DNA of 64,000 bases from Planctomycetota bacterium. GTDB taxonomy: Bacteria; Planctomycetota; UBA1135; UBA2386. Positions 31,487 to 42,262 of this stretch are shown here, piece by piece. Every line of letters begins with the position of its first letter. Position 1 is the stretch's first letter. Where the stretch lies: the NCBI GenBank assembly GCA_046290465.1, contig JBKAGP010000001.1:3040001-3104000 (forward strand). Reading direction: 5' to 3'. Made by a program: the position numbers and the translations under genes. The notes beneath the pieces are model-generated. The model did no database searches, was not told the origin of the DNA, and saw nothing but the letters and a program-made list of their open reading frames with translations.

Positions 31487-32203
31487 TCAGGCGGGCTCGT
31501 TGGCCAGTTGCGGCAACGATCCCGGCGCGGGCAGTACGATCCAGCCCTCCTCGGCGGCCTCGCCGTCCGGACAGCGATGCTCGTCGAGCACGTGCCCGGC
31601 CACCTCTGCGCGCACCGCCAGGCTCGCCAGCAGCGCATCGAACGCGTCGTCGCTCGACCGGACCATCGCCTCGAAGCGGGCCGACAGCGACAGCCACCCG
31701 GCGTGCGCGCACAGCGCGTCGACGCGCCGACCGAGCTCGTCGCGCTTGCGCGGCCCCTTGTAGCCGCGCGGCTCGATCCGCCACTGGTGCAGCGCGACTG
31801 CCGGATAGACCTCGAGGCACGATCGACCCGCCGCCGAAAGCCGCGCCAGCAGGCCGCGGCAGCGCATCGCGACCACCCCGATCAGGTCCGACGAGACGCT
31901 GAGCGGCCACAGCCCGGTCGCGCGATGCACGAAGCGGTCGGTCTCGCGGTAGCGCAGCAGGTTGCGTTCGCCCGGCCACGCGAACGGCCGCGGCGGCTCC
32001 TGCAGCATGCGCACGAACGCGCGCGGCCAGCCGAGCGGCGCGTCGACGCCGACGTGATCGACCGCCGCCGCGGCGGCCACCAGCGCCTCGTCGTCGGCGC
32101 CGACCTGCAGAGCGCTCACCGCCGCCGCGCCGGCCGACCATTGGACCGAGCACCATGCGGTCTTCTCGGCCGCCGAGGCCAGGTCGATGCCGAGCGTTTT
32201 CAC
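31487..32203 (-). CDS. DUF429 (RNase H-like predicted nuclease) protein
   Basis: GTG 32203; LGIDLA, GVDAPLGWP, RETD, LEVYP, DDAFDALL, EGWIVLP. Confidence 0.85.
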   Translation of the reverse strand: MKTLGIDLASAAEKTAWCSVQWSAGAAAVSALQVGADDEALVAAAAAVDHVGVDAPLGWPRAFVRMLQEPPRPFAWPGERNLLRYRETDRFVHRATGLWPLSVSSDLIGVVAMRCRGLLARLSAAGRSCLEVYPAVALHQWRIEPRGYKGPRKRDELGRRVDALCAHAGWLSLSARFEAMVRSSDDAFDALLASLAVRAEVAGHVLDEHRCPDGEAAEEGWIVLPAPGSLPQLANEPA

Positions 32204-32204
32204 G

Positions 32205-33992
32205 TCATCGCCCCCGCCGCTGCAGGCGCTGCAGCTGACCCGAGACCTGCTCTGCGATGCGGGCATCCCCTTCGCGTCGCGCCCGTTCGAGCACGCGCTC
32301 GCCGAGCCGGATCGCGTCGGAGCGATCGCCGCCCAGCAGCATCGCACGGAACAGCACCTGCTCGTCGACCAACGACGGCCGTTCGACGTCGACGAGCTGC
32401 CGCGCGAAGCGCAGTGCCCGGCGCGGGCTGCGCACCGACGCATCCGGAACCTGCGACAGCACCACCGCCAGGTTGCGCAGCAGGTCGCGGTTGTCCGGCG
32501 CCCGTTCGTGGCCCTGCTCGAACCAGCGCAGTGCCTCGGCGTAGTTGCCCTGCATGCCGGCCATCGCGCCGAGGTTGTTGTAGGTCAGCGGATCGTACGG
32601 CCGGACCCGCAGCGCCACGTCGAAGCGCCGCCGCGCCTCGTCGAAGCGCCCCTCGCGCGCCGCGTGGTTGCCGAGTGCGTTGTTGGACTCGAACGCATCC
32701 GGGTAGATCTCGACGGCGCGCCGGTGGTGATCGATGCCGGCGCCGGCACCGTGACGCTGGTCGAGCAGGTTGCCGAGGTTGGCGTGCGCCAGCCACGCAT
32801 CGGGCTCGCTCGCGATCGTCGCGCGCCACAGGGTCTCGACGTCGCGGTAGATCCCGACGCGCACGAACGTCATCGCAGCGAGGCCGAGCACGACGACCGC
32901 TGCCAGCGCGGCCGCCGCCCGGCCAGAGCGCAGCAGCCACGCACCGCCGCAGCACCCGAGCGCGATCGGGCCGAGGCTCGGCAGGTACTGGAAGTGGTCC
33001 GCCGTGAACGCGTAGCGCAGGTAGTAGTAGTCGACCAGGCCACTGATCGGCAGCAGGTTGGCGACGTAGATCCACAGCGCGCAGGCCGCGGCGACCGCCC
33101 ACGGCCGCCGGCCGAACGGGCTCGCGACGAGCGCCGCCAGCAGCACCACCGTCGGCAGCCAGCCGACCATCGTCCCGGCCTGGATCTCCCACCTCGCATA
33201 GCTGAACGACAGCCCCGCCGGCACCAGCAGCTTGCCGGCATAGGCCCCGACGACCTGGCCGAGCAGCGCCAACCGCTGGCCTGCTTCGAGGCTCCAGTCG
33301 TGGCCGACCGCGCCCTCGCCCCGTTCGCGCACGATCGTCACCACGGCGAACACCAGCGCCAACACCGCAAACGGCACCAGCGCCCGGCACGTCGCGAACA
33401 CCCGCCGCCGCTGCCACCACGCGATCGCGAACAGCGTCACCGGCAGCATCAACGTCGCGGTCTTGGCGAACAGCGCCAGCACGAAGCAGCCGAGCGCCAG
33501 CGTCAGGGTGCGCCGCGACGGTCGCTGCAGCTGCGACCACCACAGGTGGCACGCGCCGAGGTAGAACGCGGCCGACAGCACGTTCTTGCGTTCGACCATC
33601 CACGCGACCGACTCGCTGTGCACCGGATGCACCAGGAACACCAGCGCGGCGGCGATCGCACCGGGCAGCGCCATGCGCCGCAGCAGCAGGCCGAACAGCA
33701 GCGCGTTGCCGGCGTGCAGCAGCACGTTCTCGACGTGCAGCGCCCGGGGATCCAACCCCCAGACCAGGTGGTCGAGCCACCACGTCGTGTAGGTCAGCGG
33801 GTAGTACTGGATCACCGCGCCCGGCTCGAACCAGATCCGCCACAACCCCGACCAGCTGCGCAGCGCCTCGTTGTCGCGGATCCAGTCGGTGTCGTCCCAC
33901 AGCCAGTCCCCGCCGAGCGCCGGCGCGTAGACCAGCAGCGCGGCCGCCGCCAGTGCGGCGTAGGCGATCAGGATGCGGCGGAGGGACGGCAC
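32205..33992 (-). CDS. TMTC-like GT-C membrane glycosyltransferase with TPR repeats
   Basis: WLWDD, YYPLTY, HPVHSESVAWMVERKNVL, ADHFQYL; C-terminal TPRs. Confidence 0.85.
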   Translation of the reverse strand: MPSLRRILIAYAALAAAALLVYAPALGGDWLWDDTDWIRDNEALRSWSGLWRIWFEPGAVIQYYPLTYTTWWLDHLVWGLDPRALHVENVLLHAGNALLFGLLLRRMALPGAIAAALVFLVHPVHSESVAWMVERKNVLSAAFYLGACHLWWSQLQRPSRRTLTLALGCFVLALFAKTATLMLPVTLFAIAWWQRRRVFATCRALVPFAVLALVFAVVTIVRERGEGAVGHDWSLEAGQRLALLGQVVGAYAGKLLVPAGLSFSYARWEIQAGTMVGWLPTVVLLAALVASPFGRRPWAVAAACALWIYVANLLPISGLVDYYYLRYAFTADHFQYLPSLGPIALGCCGGAWLLRSGRAAAALAAVVVLGLAAMTFVRVGIYRDVETLWRATIASEPDAWLAHANLGNLLDQRHGAGAGIDHHRRAVEIYPDAFESNNALGNHAAREGRFDEARRRFDVALRVRPYDPLTYNNLGAMAGMQGNYAEALRWFEQGHERAPDNRDLLRNLAVVLSQVPDASVRSPRRALRFARQLVDVERPSLVDEQVLFRAMLLGGDRSDAIRLGERVLERARREGDARIAEQVSGQLQRLQRRGR

Positions 33993-33999
33993 GGCGAAC

Positions 34000-35202
34000 T
34001 CACAGCACGCGGTCGAACGCCTCGATCAGGCGCTGGACCTCGTCGGGCGTGTTGTAGTGCACCATGCTCGCGCGAACGACCCCGTCCCCCTCGTGCAGCC
34101 CGAAGCGCGAGCAGAACCGGTGGGCGTAGAAGTGCCCCCAGCGCACCGCGATCCGCTGCGCGTCCATCTTCGGCGGGATGTCGCTGGCCCGCTGCTCGAG
34201 CGGCACGAACGAGATCGTCGGTGCCCGCCGCGCATCGGCGACCGGCCGGCCGAGCAGCCGCACGCGCGGGTGCTCGTCGAGGAACTGCAGCAGCGGCGCC
34301 GCCAGCGCGCACTCGTGCTCGGTGATGCGATCGAACGCGCCGTCGACGGTGCCCGCGCCGCCGTGGTGGCGGTCGAGCTCCTGCAGGTACTCGACGATGC
34401 CGGGCAGCGCCGACGTCAGCTCGTGGTTGACGTTGCCGGGCTCGAGCTTGTAGGGCCCTTCATCGTTGCCGATGAAGAAGTGGTTCTGCGGCGCGGCCAT
34501 CGCAATCAGCTCCTGCCCCATGTGCAGCGCGGCGAGGTGCGGGCCGTAGACCTTGTAGAGGCTCGCCACGTACATGTCGGCGCCGAGTTCGTCGACGTCG
34601 ACGCGTCGATGCGGCGCGTAGGCGACCCCGTCGACGTAGACCAACGCGCCGGCCTCGTGCACCTTCTGGCTGATCGCCGGCACGTCCTGGATCTCGCCGA
34701 CCAGGTTGGAGCAGTGCGAGAACGCGACCAGCCGCGTGCGTTCGCCGAGCAGCGGCTCGAGGTCCTCGACACGCAGCTCGAAGGTGTCGGGGTCGCACTG
34801 CCACTCGCGCACGACCAGGCCGGTCGCCTCGAGGTTGCGCCACGCGCCGATGTTGGCCTCGTGGTCGAGGTCGGTGACGACCACCTCGTCGCCTTCGTTC
34901 CACAGCGGCCGCAGCGCCGCCGCGGCGATCCGGGTCAACAGCGTCGACGACGACCCGACGACGACGTCACCTTCGCCGGAGCCGAACAGCTCCTCGGCCG
35001 CCCGGTGGCCGAGCCCGACCCGGCGGGTCGCCTCGGCCGAGACCCCGTAGCTGGCACCGAGCTGCACCATGCAGGTGCGCATGTAGTCCTGCACCCGGTC
35101 ACAGACACGGCCGAGCGGCACGCTGCCGCCGGCGTTGTCGAACAGCGTCCAGTCGGTCGCGAGCGCGGGGAACTGGCCGCGCACGAAGTCGAGGTCGAGC
35201 AT
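34000..35202 (-). CDS. Class V aminotransferase / cysteine desulfurase-like protein
   Basis: FDNAGGS, DHEAN, SNLVG, DGVAYAPH, SLYKVYGPH. Confidence 0.9.
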   Translation of the reverse strand: MLDLDFVRGQFPALATDWTLFDNAGGSVPLGRVCDRVQDYMRTCMVQLGASYGVSAEATRRVGLGHRAAEELFGSGEGDVVVGSSSTLLTRIAAAALRPLWNEGDEVVVTDLDHEANIGAWRNLEATGLVVREWQCDPDTFELRVEDLEPLLGERTRLVAFSHCSNLVGEIQDVPAISQKVHEAGALVYVDGVAYAPHRRVDVDELGADMYVASLYKVYGPHLAALHMGQELIAMAAPQNHFFIGNDEGPYKLEPGNVNHELTSALPGIVEYLQELDRHHGGAGTVDGAFDRITEHECALAAPLLQFLDEHPRVRLLGRPVADARRAPTISFVPLEQRASDIPPKMDAQRIAVRWGHFYAHRFCSRFGLHEGDGVVRASMVHYNTPDEVQRLIEAFDRVL

Positions 35203-35213
35203 GGAGGGTGACC

Positions 35214-35531
35214 TTAGCCGCTGATCGCCACGTTGTAGTGCCCGACGCCATCGTCGTACCGACGCAACAGCCGCTGCGCCGCCGGCGGCACCACGGCGAC
35301 ATCGACGGCCTCGCCCGCAAACGCACGGATCGCGTCCATGCTGGCCCAGCGCGTCTGCACGACGAACCGCACTTCGTCGTTGCCCAGTTCACGACGGAGC
35401 ACCTCGATGCCGACGAAGCCCTCGATACTGCGCAGGTGCGGCATCGTCTCGCTGCGCAGATGCTCGAGGTAGGCGCCAGCATTGCCGGTGGTCGTCACCC
35501 CGCCCCACGTCCGCACGATCAGCTCCCCCAT
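35214..35531 (-). CDS. Antibiotic biosynthesis monooxygenase (ABM) family protein
   Basis: IVRTW.G, WASMDAIRAFAG, AVVPP. Confidence 0.8.
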   Translation of the reverse strand: MGELIVRTWGGVTTTGNAGAYLEHLRSETMPHLRSIEGFVGIEVLRRELGNDEVRFVVQTRWASMDAIRAFAGEAVDVAVVPPAAQRLLRRYDDGVGHYNVAISG

Positions 35532-35896
35532 CAGATCCGCTCCACGTCTTCGGGTTCGATCGTGCGTGCGTCGTCGACGTCGCCGGTGTTGCGCACCGTC
35601 GCCGGCTCGAACAGCACCAGGCTGACCAGCTGGTTTGCGACCGGACGGTGCTCGACGCCGCGCGGCACGATGAAGAACTCGCCGGGCCGGAGCGTCACCG
35701 TCCGTTCGCGCAGCTCGAGCTGCAGCTCGCCGTCGATGACCAGGAACATCTCGTCCTCGTCGGCGTGCGCGTGCCATACGTATTCGCCTTCGAGCTTGGC
35801 GACCTTGACGTGTTGGCCGTTGAGTTCTCCGACGACCTTGGGCACCCAGGTCTCGGAGAAGCTGTCGAGCTTCTGCTGCAGGTTGACGACATCCAT
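35531..35896 (-). CDS. Cupin domain protein
   Basis: WHAHADEDEMF...VPRGVEHRP. Confidence 0.9.
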   Translation of the reverse strand: MDVVNLQQKLDSFSETWVPKVVGELNGQHVKVAKLEGEYVWHAHADEDEMFLVIDGELQLELRERTVTLRPGEFFIVPRGVEHRPVANQLVSLVLFEPATVRNTGDVDDARTIEPEDVERI

Positions 35897-35932
35897 GAGC
35901 CGAGTGTACGCATGGGAGCGAGGTCTCCCCAG

Positions 35933-36352
35933 ATGCGCCCCCACTTCCTCAAGCACTGTGACCGCCGGATCCGAGACGGGCTCGCGTGGATCTGGGACTT
36001 CTGGTTCGGCCCGGACCGCGAGCTGCTCGCCTACTTTGAACGCCCTTGCGCAGGACGCGCATGGCGCCGCGCGTTCCCCGAGACGAACAAGGACGACCTC
36101 CGCGACTTCCTCGAGATCCTGACCGACAGCATGTACTTCCCGCTCGGGAACCGGCTGAAGTTCCGCCCGGACGACGACCTGTTCGACATCTATCGGTCGC
36201 GCTACGGCGACGAGACGCCGTCGCGCGACGACCTCGAGTGCGAGACGTTCGTCTGGGGGATCTGCGAGCGCTTCGGTCTGGATGAAGCCGTGGTCGACAA
36301 GGCGTGCCAAGAGGATTCGACCTTGGGAGCGCTGTTCGCGGTCTGCAGCTGA
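35933..36352 (+). CDS. Hypothetical protein
   Basis: ATG 35933 after GAGG; coding-like composition. Confidence 0.6.
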   Translation: MRPHFLKHCDRRIRDGLAWIWDFWFGPDRELLAYFERPCAGRAWRRAFPETNKDDLRDFLEILTDSMYFPLGNRLKFRPDDDLFDIYRSRYGDETPSRDDLECETFVWGICERFGLDEAVVDKACQEDSTLGALFAVCS

Positions 36353-36364
36353 GGCGCTGGCGAC

Positions 36365-36766
36365 ATGGACGGACTCTTCCGCTTTCCCGAGGCCGTGTCT
36401 CGCTCACCCGACGTCGACTCGTGGTTCGCCGAACGTGACGACGAGCTCGGCACGCTCGCGCGGCGCTGGTTCGACGAGCTGCGTAGCCTTGGCGAAGACG
36501 TGCGTGAATGCATGCATGACGGACAGCCGACGGCGTGCGTGCAGGACACGGCGTTCGCCTACGTCGCGGCCTACAAGGCGCATGTCAACGTCGGCTTCTC
36601 CCGCGGCGCAGAGCTGCCGGACCCTGCCGAGCTGCTGGCAAGAACCGGCAAGCGCATGCTGCACGTCAAGCTGCGGCCCGGTGAGTCGATCGACGAAGGC
36701 GGCCTCACGGCGCTGCTGCAGTTCGCCTACCAGGACATGCAGCGCCGCGTCGCCGCGGGATCGTGA
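36365..36766 (+). CDS. DUF1801 domain protein
   Basis: HVNVGF.RGAELPDP..LL..TGKRMLHVKL. Confidence 0.85.
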   Translation: MDGLFRFPEAVSRSPDVDSWFAERDDELGTLARRWFDELRSLGEDVRECMHDGQPTACVQDTAFAYVAAYKAHVNVGFSRGAELPDPAELLARTGKRMLHVKLRPGESIDEGGLTALLQFAYQDMQRRVAAGS

Positions 36767-36808
36767 CCGCGGGTTGACGGGCGGCGGCGCGTCGGCGGCA
36801 ATGCGTCG

Positions 36809-38467
36809 ATGCGCGACGCGATCCTTCGCTGCTTCCCGTTCTTGTTGCTGTCCCTGTTGGTCGCCGCGCAGGAGCGGCCGGGCGACGGCGCCGACGACTC
36901 GTGCACCGACATCGTCGTCGGCCGGCTGGCATCGACCGACGGCTCGGTGATCAACTCGCACACCGGCTGCTGTGACGAGTGCCGGGTGCACGTCGTCGAG
37001 GGGCGGACGTTTGCGAAGGGTGCGATGGCCGACGTGCACTACGGCCTGCAGGACTCGCGCACGGAGCTGCGCGACTACGGCCAGGTGATCGGCCAGATCC
37101 CGCAGGTCGAGCGCACCTACACCTACTTCCACACCGGCTATCCGCAGATGAACGAGCACCAGCTCGTGATCGCGGAGAGCACGCTGAGCCAGCGCGACGA
37201 GCTGAAGTGCTCGTTCGGCAACTGCAAGCAGATCATGACGATCGAGCAGGCGCAGGTGTTCGCGCTGCAGCGGTGTCGGACGGCGCGTGAGGCGCTCACG
37301 GTGATCACCGAGCTGGTCGACACCTACGGCTTCCTGCCGTCGTGCGGGCCGGAGTCCGAGGCGCTGTGCATCAGCGACCCGAACGAGGCGTGGGTGCTCG
37401 AGGTGTTTGCGGTCGGGCCGGACTGGGATCCGGACAGCGGCAAGGCCGGCGCGATCTGGGCGGCGCAGCGCGTGCCGGACGACCACGTCTGCATCGTGCC
37501 CAACTGGTCGATCATCAAGGAGGTCGATCCGAGCAAGCCGGAGACGTGGCGCGCGTCGAAGAACCACCGGCAGTTCGCGATCGACCGTGGCTGGTGGAAC
37601 CCGCGCATGGGGCCGTTCGTGTGGCAGAAGGTCTATGCGCCGCAACCGCGCGAGTGGGCGGTCGGGCGGCTGTGGTTGTTCTACTCGACGTATGCGCCGA
37701 CGCTGCGCGCGTGGCCCGACAAGCGGCAGCTGGCGTCGATGGATTCGTACGACGCCTACCATCAATACGTCGAGGACATCTCGATCTACCCGTTCTCGGT
37801 CGCGCCGGAGCGCAAGCTGTCGGTGCAGGACGTGATCGCGTTCCAGCGGTCGGTGTTCGACGGGACGATCTACGACATGACGACCGACCTCGACTGGCTG
37901 GTGCCGGACGGCGAAGGCGGCATGAAGAAGAGCCCGCTGACGACGCCGTTCCCGACGCGCGACATGCGGCAACTGCTCGACATCGTCTACCGCCGCATGG
38001 TGTCGCGCGGCGGCTACGGCATGGTCGCGCAGTCACGCAGCTGGCTGCCGGACGCGATCGGCGGCGTCTACTGGCTCTACCTGGACAACCAGTACACTTC
38101 GACCTACGTGCCGATCTACGCCGGTGCGCGGCGCATGCATCCGACCTACCAGACGTGGAACCCCGACCGGTTCGCGGAGACGTCGGCGCGTTGGAACATC
38201 GACATGGTCGACAACCTGCTCTACCTCAAGTGGCAGGAAGCGATCGAGGACCTGCGCGCCGTGCGCGACCCGCTGGAGCAGAGCTTCTTCGCGGGCCAGG
38301 CGCGGTTCGAGAAGCAGGCGCTGAAAGCGATGCAGCAGGATCCGGCGCAGGCCGCGCTGATGCTGACAGAGTACACCAACGCGTGCATGGCCAAGACCGT
38401 GCAGATGTACCGCCAGCTGCGCGGCACCCTGATCACCAAGTACACCAACAACAAACAAGGCGTCTGA
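36809..38467 (+). CDS. Secreted C69 family dipeptidase (Ntn hydrolase)
   Basis: Signal peptide; SCTDIVVG..ASTDGS nucleophile Cys; NEHQLVIAEST; WAAQRVPDD. Confidence 0.85.
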   Translation: MRDAILRCFPFLLLSLLVAAQERPGDGADDSCTDIVVGRLASTDGSVINSHTGCCDECRVHVVEGRTFAKGAMADVHYGLQDSRTELRDYGQVIGQIPQVERTYTYFHTGYPQMNEHQLVIAESTLSQRDELKCSFGNCKQIMTIEQAQVFALQRCRTAREALTVITELVDTYGFLPSCGPESEALCISDPNEAWVLEVFAVGPDWDPDSGKAGAIWAAQRVPDDHVCIVPNWSIIKEVDPSKPETWRASKNHRQFAIDRGWWNPRMGPFVWQKVYAPQPREWAVGRLWLFYSTYAPTLRAWPDKRQLASMDSYDAYHQYVEDISIYPFSVAPERKLSVQDVIAFQRSVFDGTIYDMTTDLDWLVPDGEGGMKKSPLTTPFPTRDMRQLLDIVYRRMVSRGGYGMVAQSRSWLPDAIGGVYWLYLDNQYTSTYVPIYAGARRMHPTYQTWNPDRFAETSARWNIDMVDNLLYLKWQEAIEDLRAVRDPLEQSFFAGQARFEKQALKAMQQDPAQAALMLTEYTNACMAKTVQMYRQLRGTLITKYTNNKQGV

Positions 38468-38491
38468 GTTCGGCCCGAAGGTAGGGACCGG

Positions 38492-40048
38492 TCAGGCGAG
38501 GGCGTCGGTGGCGACGTGGTATTGGGGATCTTCGATGACGTTGACCTCGACCATGTCTCCGGCCTTGCGCAGCAGCTTGCGGCACTCGGGGCTCAGGTGG
38601 CGAAGGTGCAGGGTCTTGCCCTGCGCGAGGTAGCGCTCGGCGAGGGTGTCGATGGCCTCGATCGCAGAGTGGTCCGAGACGCGCGCGTGCTGGAAGTCGA
38701 TGACCACGTCGGCCGGATCGTCCTTGGGCGTGAACAGCTCGAGGAAGCTCTTGCACGAACCGAAGAACAGCGGCCCGCGCAGCGAGTAGATCTTGCTGCC
38801 GTCGTCGTCGGTGCTCTCGACTGCGTGCACGACCTTGGCGTGCTTCCACGCGAACACCAGCGCAGACACGACCACCCCGACCAGCACCGCGATCGCGAGG
38901 TCGGTCGCGACCGTGACGCCGCTGACCAGCACGATCACCAGCGCATCGGTCTTCGGCACCTTGTTCAGCACGCGCAGGCTCGACCACTCAAACGTGCCGA
39001 GCACGACCATGAACATCACGCCGACCAGCGCCGCGACCGGCACCATCTCGATCAGCGGCGACGCCACCACCACGAACAGCAGCAGCACGACCGCGGCGGT
39101 GATGCCGGACAGGCGGCCACGGCCACCCGAGTTGATGTTGATCATGCTCTGGCCGATCATCGCGCAGCCGCCCATGCCGCCGAACACGCCGCAGACCATG
39201 TTGGCGGCGCCCTGCGCGACGCACTCCTTGTTGCCGCGGCCACGCGTCTCGGTCAGCTCGTCGACCAGCGTCAGCGTCAGCAGCGACTCGATCAGGCCGA
39301 CCGCCGCGAGGATCACCGAGTACGGCAGCACGATGCGCAGCGTCTCGAGCGAGAACGGCACCGCCGGCAACGCGAACGCCGGCAGGCCGCCGGCCAGCGA
39401 CGCGTTTGCATCGCCGCTCATGTTGCGCAGGAAGTCGACCACGGTCGGCGTCTCGATGCCGAACAGCAGCGTCGCGCCGGTCACGCCCGCGATCGCGACC
39501 AGCGACGCCGGCACGGCCTTGGTCAGGCGCGGCACGAAGTGGATCACCGCCATCGTCACTGCGACCAGGCCGAGCATGGTGTAGAGCGGCGCGCCGCTCA
39601 TCCACTGCCGCTCGCCGTCGGCGCCGACCGCCTGGAACTGCCCCAGCTGCGCCAGGAAGATCACGATCGCCAGCCCGTTGACGAACCCGAGCATCACCGG
39701 GTGCGGCACCATGCGGATGAACTTGCCCAACCGGAACAGCCCGGCGAGCACCTGGATCACCCCCATCAGCAGCACCGCGGCGAACATGTATTGCACGCCG
39801 TGGTCCTTGACCAGCGCGACCAGCACCACGGCCAGCGCCCCGGTGGCGCCGGAGATCATCCCGGGGCGGCCGCCGAACACCGCCGTGATCAGGCCGACCA
39901 TGAACGCGGCGTGCAGGCCGACGATCGGGTCGACGTTCGCAACAAAGGCGAAGGCAACGGCTTCGGGCACCAGAGCGAGCGCGACGGTCAACCCGGACAG
40001 GAAGTCCGTGCGCAGGCTCTTGGGGGACTGGGTCAGGAGGTTGAACAC
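38492..40048 (-). CDS. SulP family anion transporter with STAS domain
   Basis: [35 protein letters not shown]. Confidence 0.95.
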   Translation of the reverse strand: MFNLLTQSPKSLRTDFLSGLTVALALVPEAVAFAFVANVDPIVGLHAAFMVGLITAVFGGRPGMISGATGALAVVLVALVKDHGVQYMFAAVLLMGVIQVLAGLFRLGKFIRMVPHPVMLGFVNGLAIVIFLAQLGQFQAVGADGERQWMSGAPLYTMLGLVAVTMAVIHFVPRLTKAVPASLVAIAGVTGATLLFGIETPTVVDFLRNMSGDANASLAGGLPAFALPAVPFSLETLRIVLPYSVILAAVGLIESLLTLTLVDELTETRGRGNKECVAQGAANMVCGVFGGMGGCAMIGQSMININSGGRGRLSGITAAVVLLLFVVVASPLIEMVPVAALVGVMFMVVLGTFEWSSLRVLNKVPKTDALVIVLVSGVTVATDLAIAVLVGVVVSALVFAWKHAKVVHAVESTDDDGSKIYSLRGPLFFGSCKSFLELFTPKDDPADVVIDFQHARVSDHSAIEAIDTLAERYLAQGKTLHLRHLSPECRKLLRKAGDMVEVNVIEDPQYHVATDALA

Positions 40049-40177
40049 GCTGGCGGAGGGGGTCTGCGGACTTTTTCGGAGTGGTGCGAACCCCGCAGAC
40101 TAACGACGGACCCGCCGCATGCACGCGCCGAATCGTGCGTTCCTCGCCAACCGTCGAGGAAGGCCGTCCGGCCCCGG

Positions 40178-41167
40178 CTACCGGATCAAGAACCCGTCGC
40201 GCAGCGGATCGTCCGGGTCGAGCCAGTACTCGGCACGCCCGGTGACGAACGCGCGGCCGCGCACCTCGGGCAGGATCGCGTTGGCATCGCCGATTCGGGT
40301 CGTGCCTGCACAGCGCACGTCGAAGCTGGTGCCGAGGATGCTCTCGATCGTGATCCAATCGTCGCCCAGCTCACCCCGCGCATGGTGGATCGCGGCGCGG
40401 CCGCTGACGCCGGTGCCGGTCGGCGAACGGTCGACCTCGCCGTCGGCGAAGATGCACACGTTGCGGCTGTGCACGCCCGGCTGCGGCGCAATGAAGATCG
40501 TGCCGTAGAGGAAGTCGAGGTCCTCGTGGCCGTCGGGATGGCGCAGCTGGCACGCGTCGGCCACCGCGCGCTTGATCGCCATGCCCTGCTCAATCAGTTC
40601 GCCGGCATGTTCGGTGTCGAGCTGCAGGCCGAGCGGACCGGCGTCGACGTAGACGTAGAACGCGCCGCCGTAGGCGATCGTGCCGCGCACGCGACCGAGC
40701 CGGGGCACCGCGACGTCGACCTCGCGATCGACGAACGACGGCACGTTGACGAACGACACCCGCGTCACCCGTTCGCCATCCAGTTCCGCCGACGCGACCA
40801 CGCGGCCCGCCGGCGTGTCGATGCGCACGTTGCCGGGATCCGCCTCGAACAGCCCCTGCTCGATGCCGACCTTGGTCATCGCGAGGATGCCGTGCCCGCA
40901 CATGGTGCTGTAGCCCTCGTTGTGCAGGAACAGCACGCCGACGTCGCCGTCGTCGCTCGCCGGCGGCAGCAGCAGCGCGCCGTACATGTCCGCATGCCCG
41001 CGCGGCTCGAGCATCAGCATGCGCCGCAGATGGTCGAGGTGCCGCCTGGCGTAGGCGCGCCGCTGCAGGATCGTCGCGCCCGGCACCTCCGGGTAGCCCG
41101 ACGTGATGATGCGCAGCGGTTCGCCTGCCGTGTGCGCCTCGATGGTCGTGATCTTGTGCATGCTCAT
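40178..41167 (-). CDS. Proline racemase family, Cys/Thr type (trans-3-hydroxy-L-proline dehydratase-like)
   Basis: HTAGEP, EPRGHADMYG, MCGHG, DRSPTGTG. Confidence 0.85.
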   Translation of the reverse strand: MSMHKITTIEAHTAGEPLRIITSGYPEVPGATILQRRAYARRHLDHLRRMLMLEPRGHADMYGALLLPPASDDGDVGVLFLHNEGYSTMCGHGILAMTKVGIEQGLFEADPGNVRIDTPAGRVVASAELDGERVTRVSFVNVPSFVDREVDVAVPRLGRVRGTIAYGGAFYVYVDAGPLGLQLDTEHAGELIEQGMAIKRAVADACQLRHPDGHEDLDFLYGTIFIAPQPGVHSRNVCIFADGEVDRSPTGTGVSGRAAIHHARGELGDDWITIESILGTSFDVRCAGTTRIGDANAILPEVRGRAFVTGRAEYWLDPDDPLRDGFLIR

Positions 41168-42141
41168 TGCTGGAGTCCGATCGTCTGGCCGACGCCGAGG
41201 GCCTCGGCACGGTCGATGGCTGCGCGCGCGGCGAACAGGTCCTGCACCGCGTGGCCGACCGACTTGAACACGGTCACGTCGTGCCCATCGGCACGGCCGA
41301 GGGCCGGCTCGGCGAGCAGCGCGCCGAGCTCGACCCAGTCCTCGGCGCGCGTGATGCCGGCATCGCGGGCGGCGACCAGCTCGCCTGCCTCGTGCAGCGC
41401 CGACGCGCGCAGGTCGACGACGATCCGCCCCGCCCGCCGGATCGTGTGCTCGTCGAGCTCGCGCATCGCCAGGCGGAAGCTGCCGACCCCGTTGACGTGC
41501 GCGCCGCGCAGCAGGCGCCGGCCGTCGAGCACCGGCGTCGTCGAGCTGGTCGCGACGCTGACGACGTCGGCGCCGTCGATCACCTCGTCGCTGGACGCGG
41601 CCGCCACGACGTCCGCATCGACCCGTTGCCGCGCCGCCGCGACGAACGTCTCGAGCCGCTCGCGGTCGCGCGCGAACACCCGGACCTGCTGCAGCGGCCG
41701 CGCGCACACCATCGCCAGCAACTGCGTCCAGGCCTGGCCACCGGCGCCCAGCACGGCGCCGACGCTGGCATCCGCGTCGGCGAGCAGCTCGGTCGCGAGG
41801 CCGGCGACCGCACCGGTGCGAATCGCGGTCAGGGCGCCGCCGTCACAGATCCCGACCGTGTGGCCGGTGTCGGGATCGATGACGGTCACCACCCCCGTCG
41901 TCGTCGTCAGCCCGCGAGCGGCGTTGGCGGGGAAGATGTTGACGACCTTGGCGATGCGGCCCCCGGCCCCGCTGGCCGCCATCAGCAGCGTGGTGCGATC
42001 GGCCTCGACGAGGTGCACGCGCGGCGGCGCGATCACCGTGCCGGCGGCCAGCGCCGCGAACGCGTCGCGCATCGCGTCGATGGCGGCGCGCATCGGCAGC
42101 GCCGTGTCCAGGTCGTCGGCCGTCAGGACTCGCGTTCGCAC
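41164..42141 (-). CDS. Ornithine cyclodeaminase / mu-crystallin family (pyrroline-2-carboxylate reductase-like)
   Basis: LTAIRTGA, GAGGQA, NGVGS, FKSVG.AVQD. Confidence 0.88.
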   Translation of the reverse strand: MRTRVLTADDLDTALPMRAAIDAMRDAFAALAAGTVIAPPRVHLVEADRTTLLMAASGAGGRIAKVVNIFPANAARGLTTTTGVVTVIDPDTGHTVGICDGGALTAIRTGAVAGLATELLADADASVGAVLGAGGQAWTQLLAMVCARPLQQVRVFARDRERLETFVAAARQRVDADVVAAASSDEVIDGADVVSVATSSTTPVLDGRRLLRGAHVNGVGSFRLAMRELDEHTIRRAGRIVVDLRASALHEAGELVAARDAGITRAEDWVELGALLAEPALGRADGHDVTVFKSVGHAVQDLFAARAAIDRAEALGVGQTIGLQQ

Positions 42142-42262
42142 GCTGCCAGCCTACGTTGCACGGAGGCGCGCACCAGCCCGCCGGCCATTCATTCGCAGTG
42201 CTTAACGATCCAGACAGAACGATTCGCACCACATTTCCAGCCGGAACCCGATAGTTGGCGAC

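Noticed and set aside
38516..42205. 1229-aa plus-strand ORF
   Set aside because: Antisense to the SulP, racemase-family and OCD genes; no motifs.
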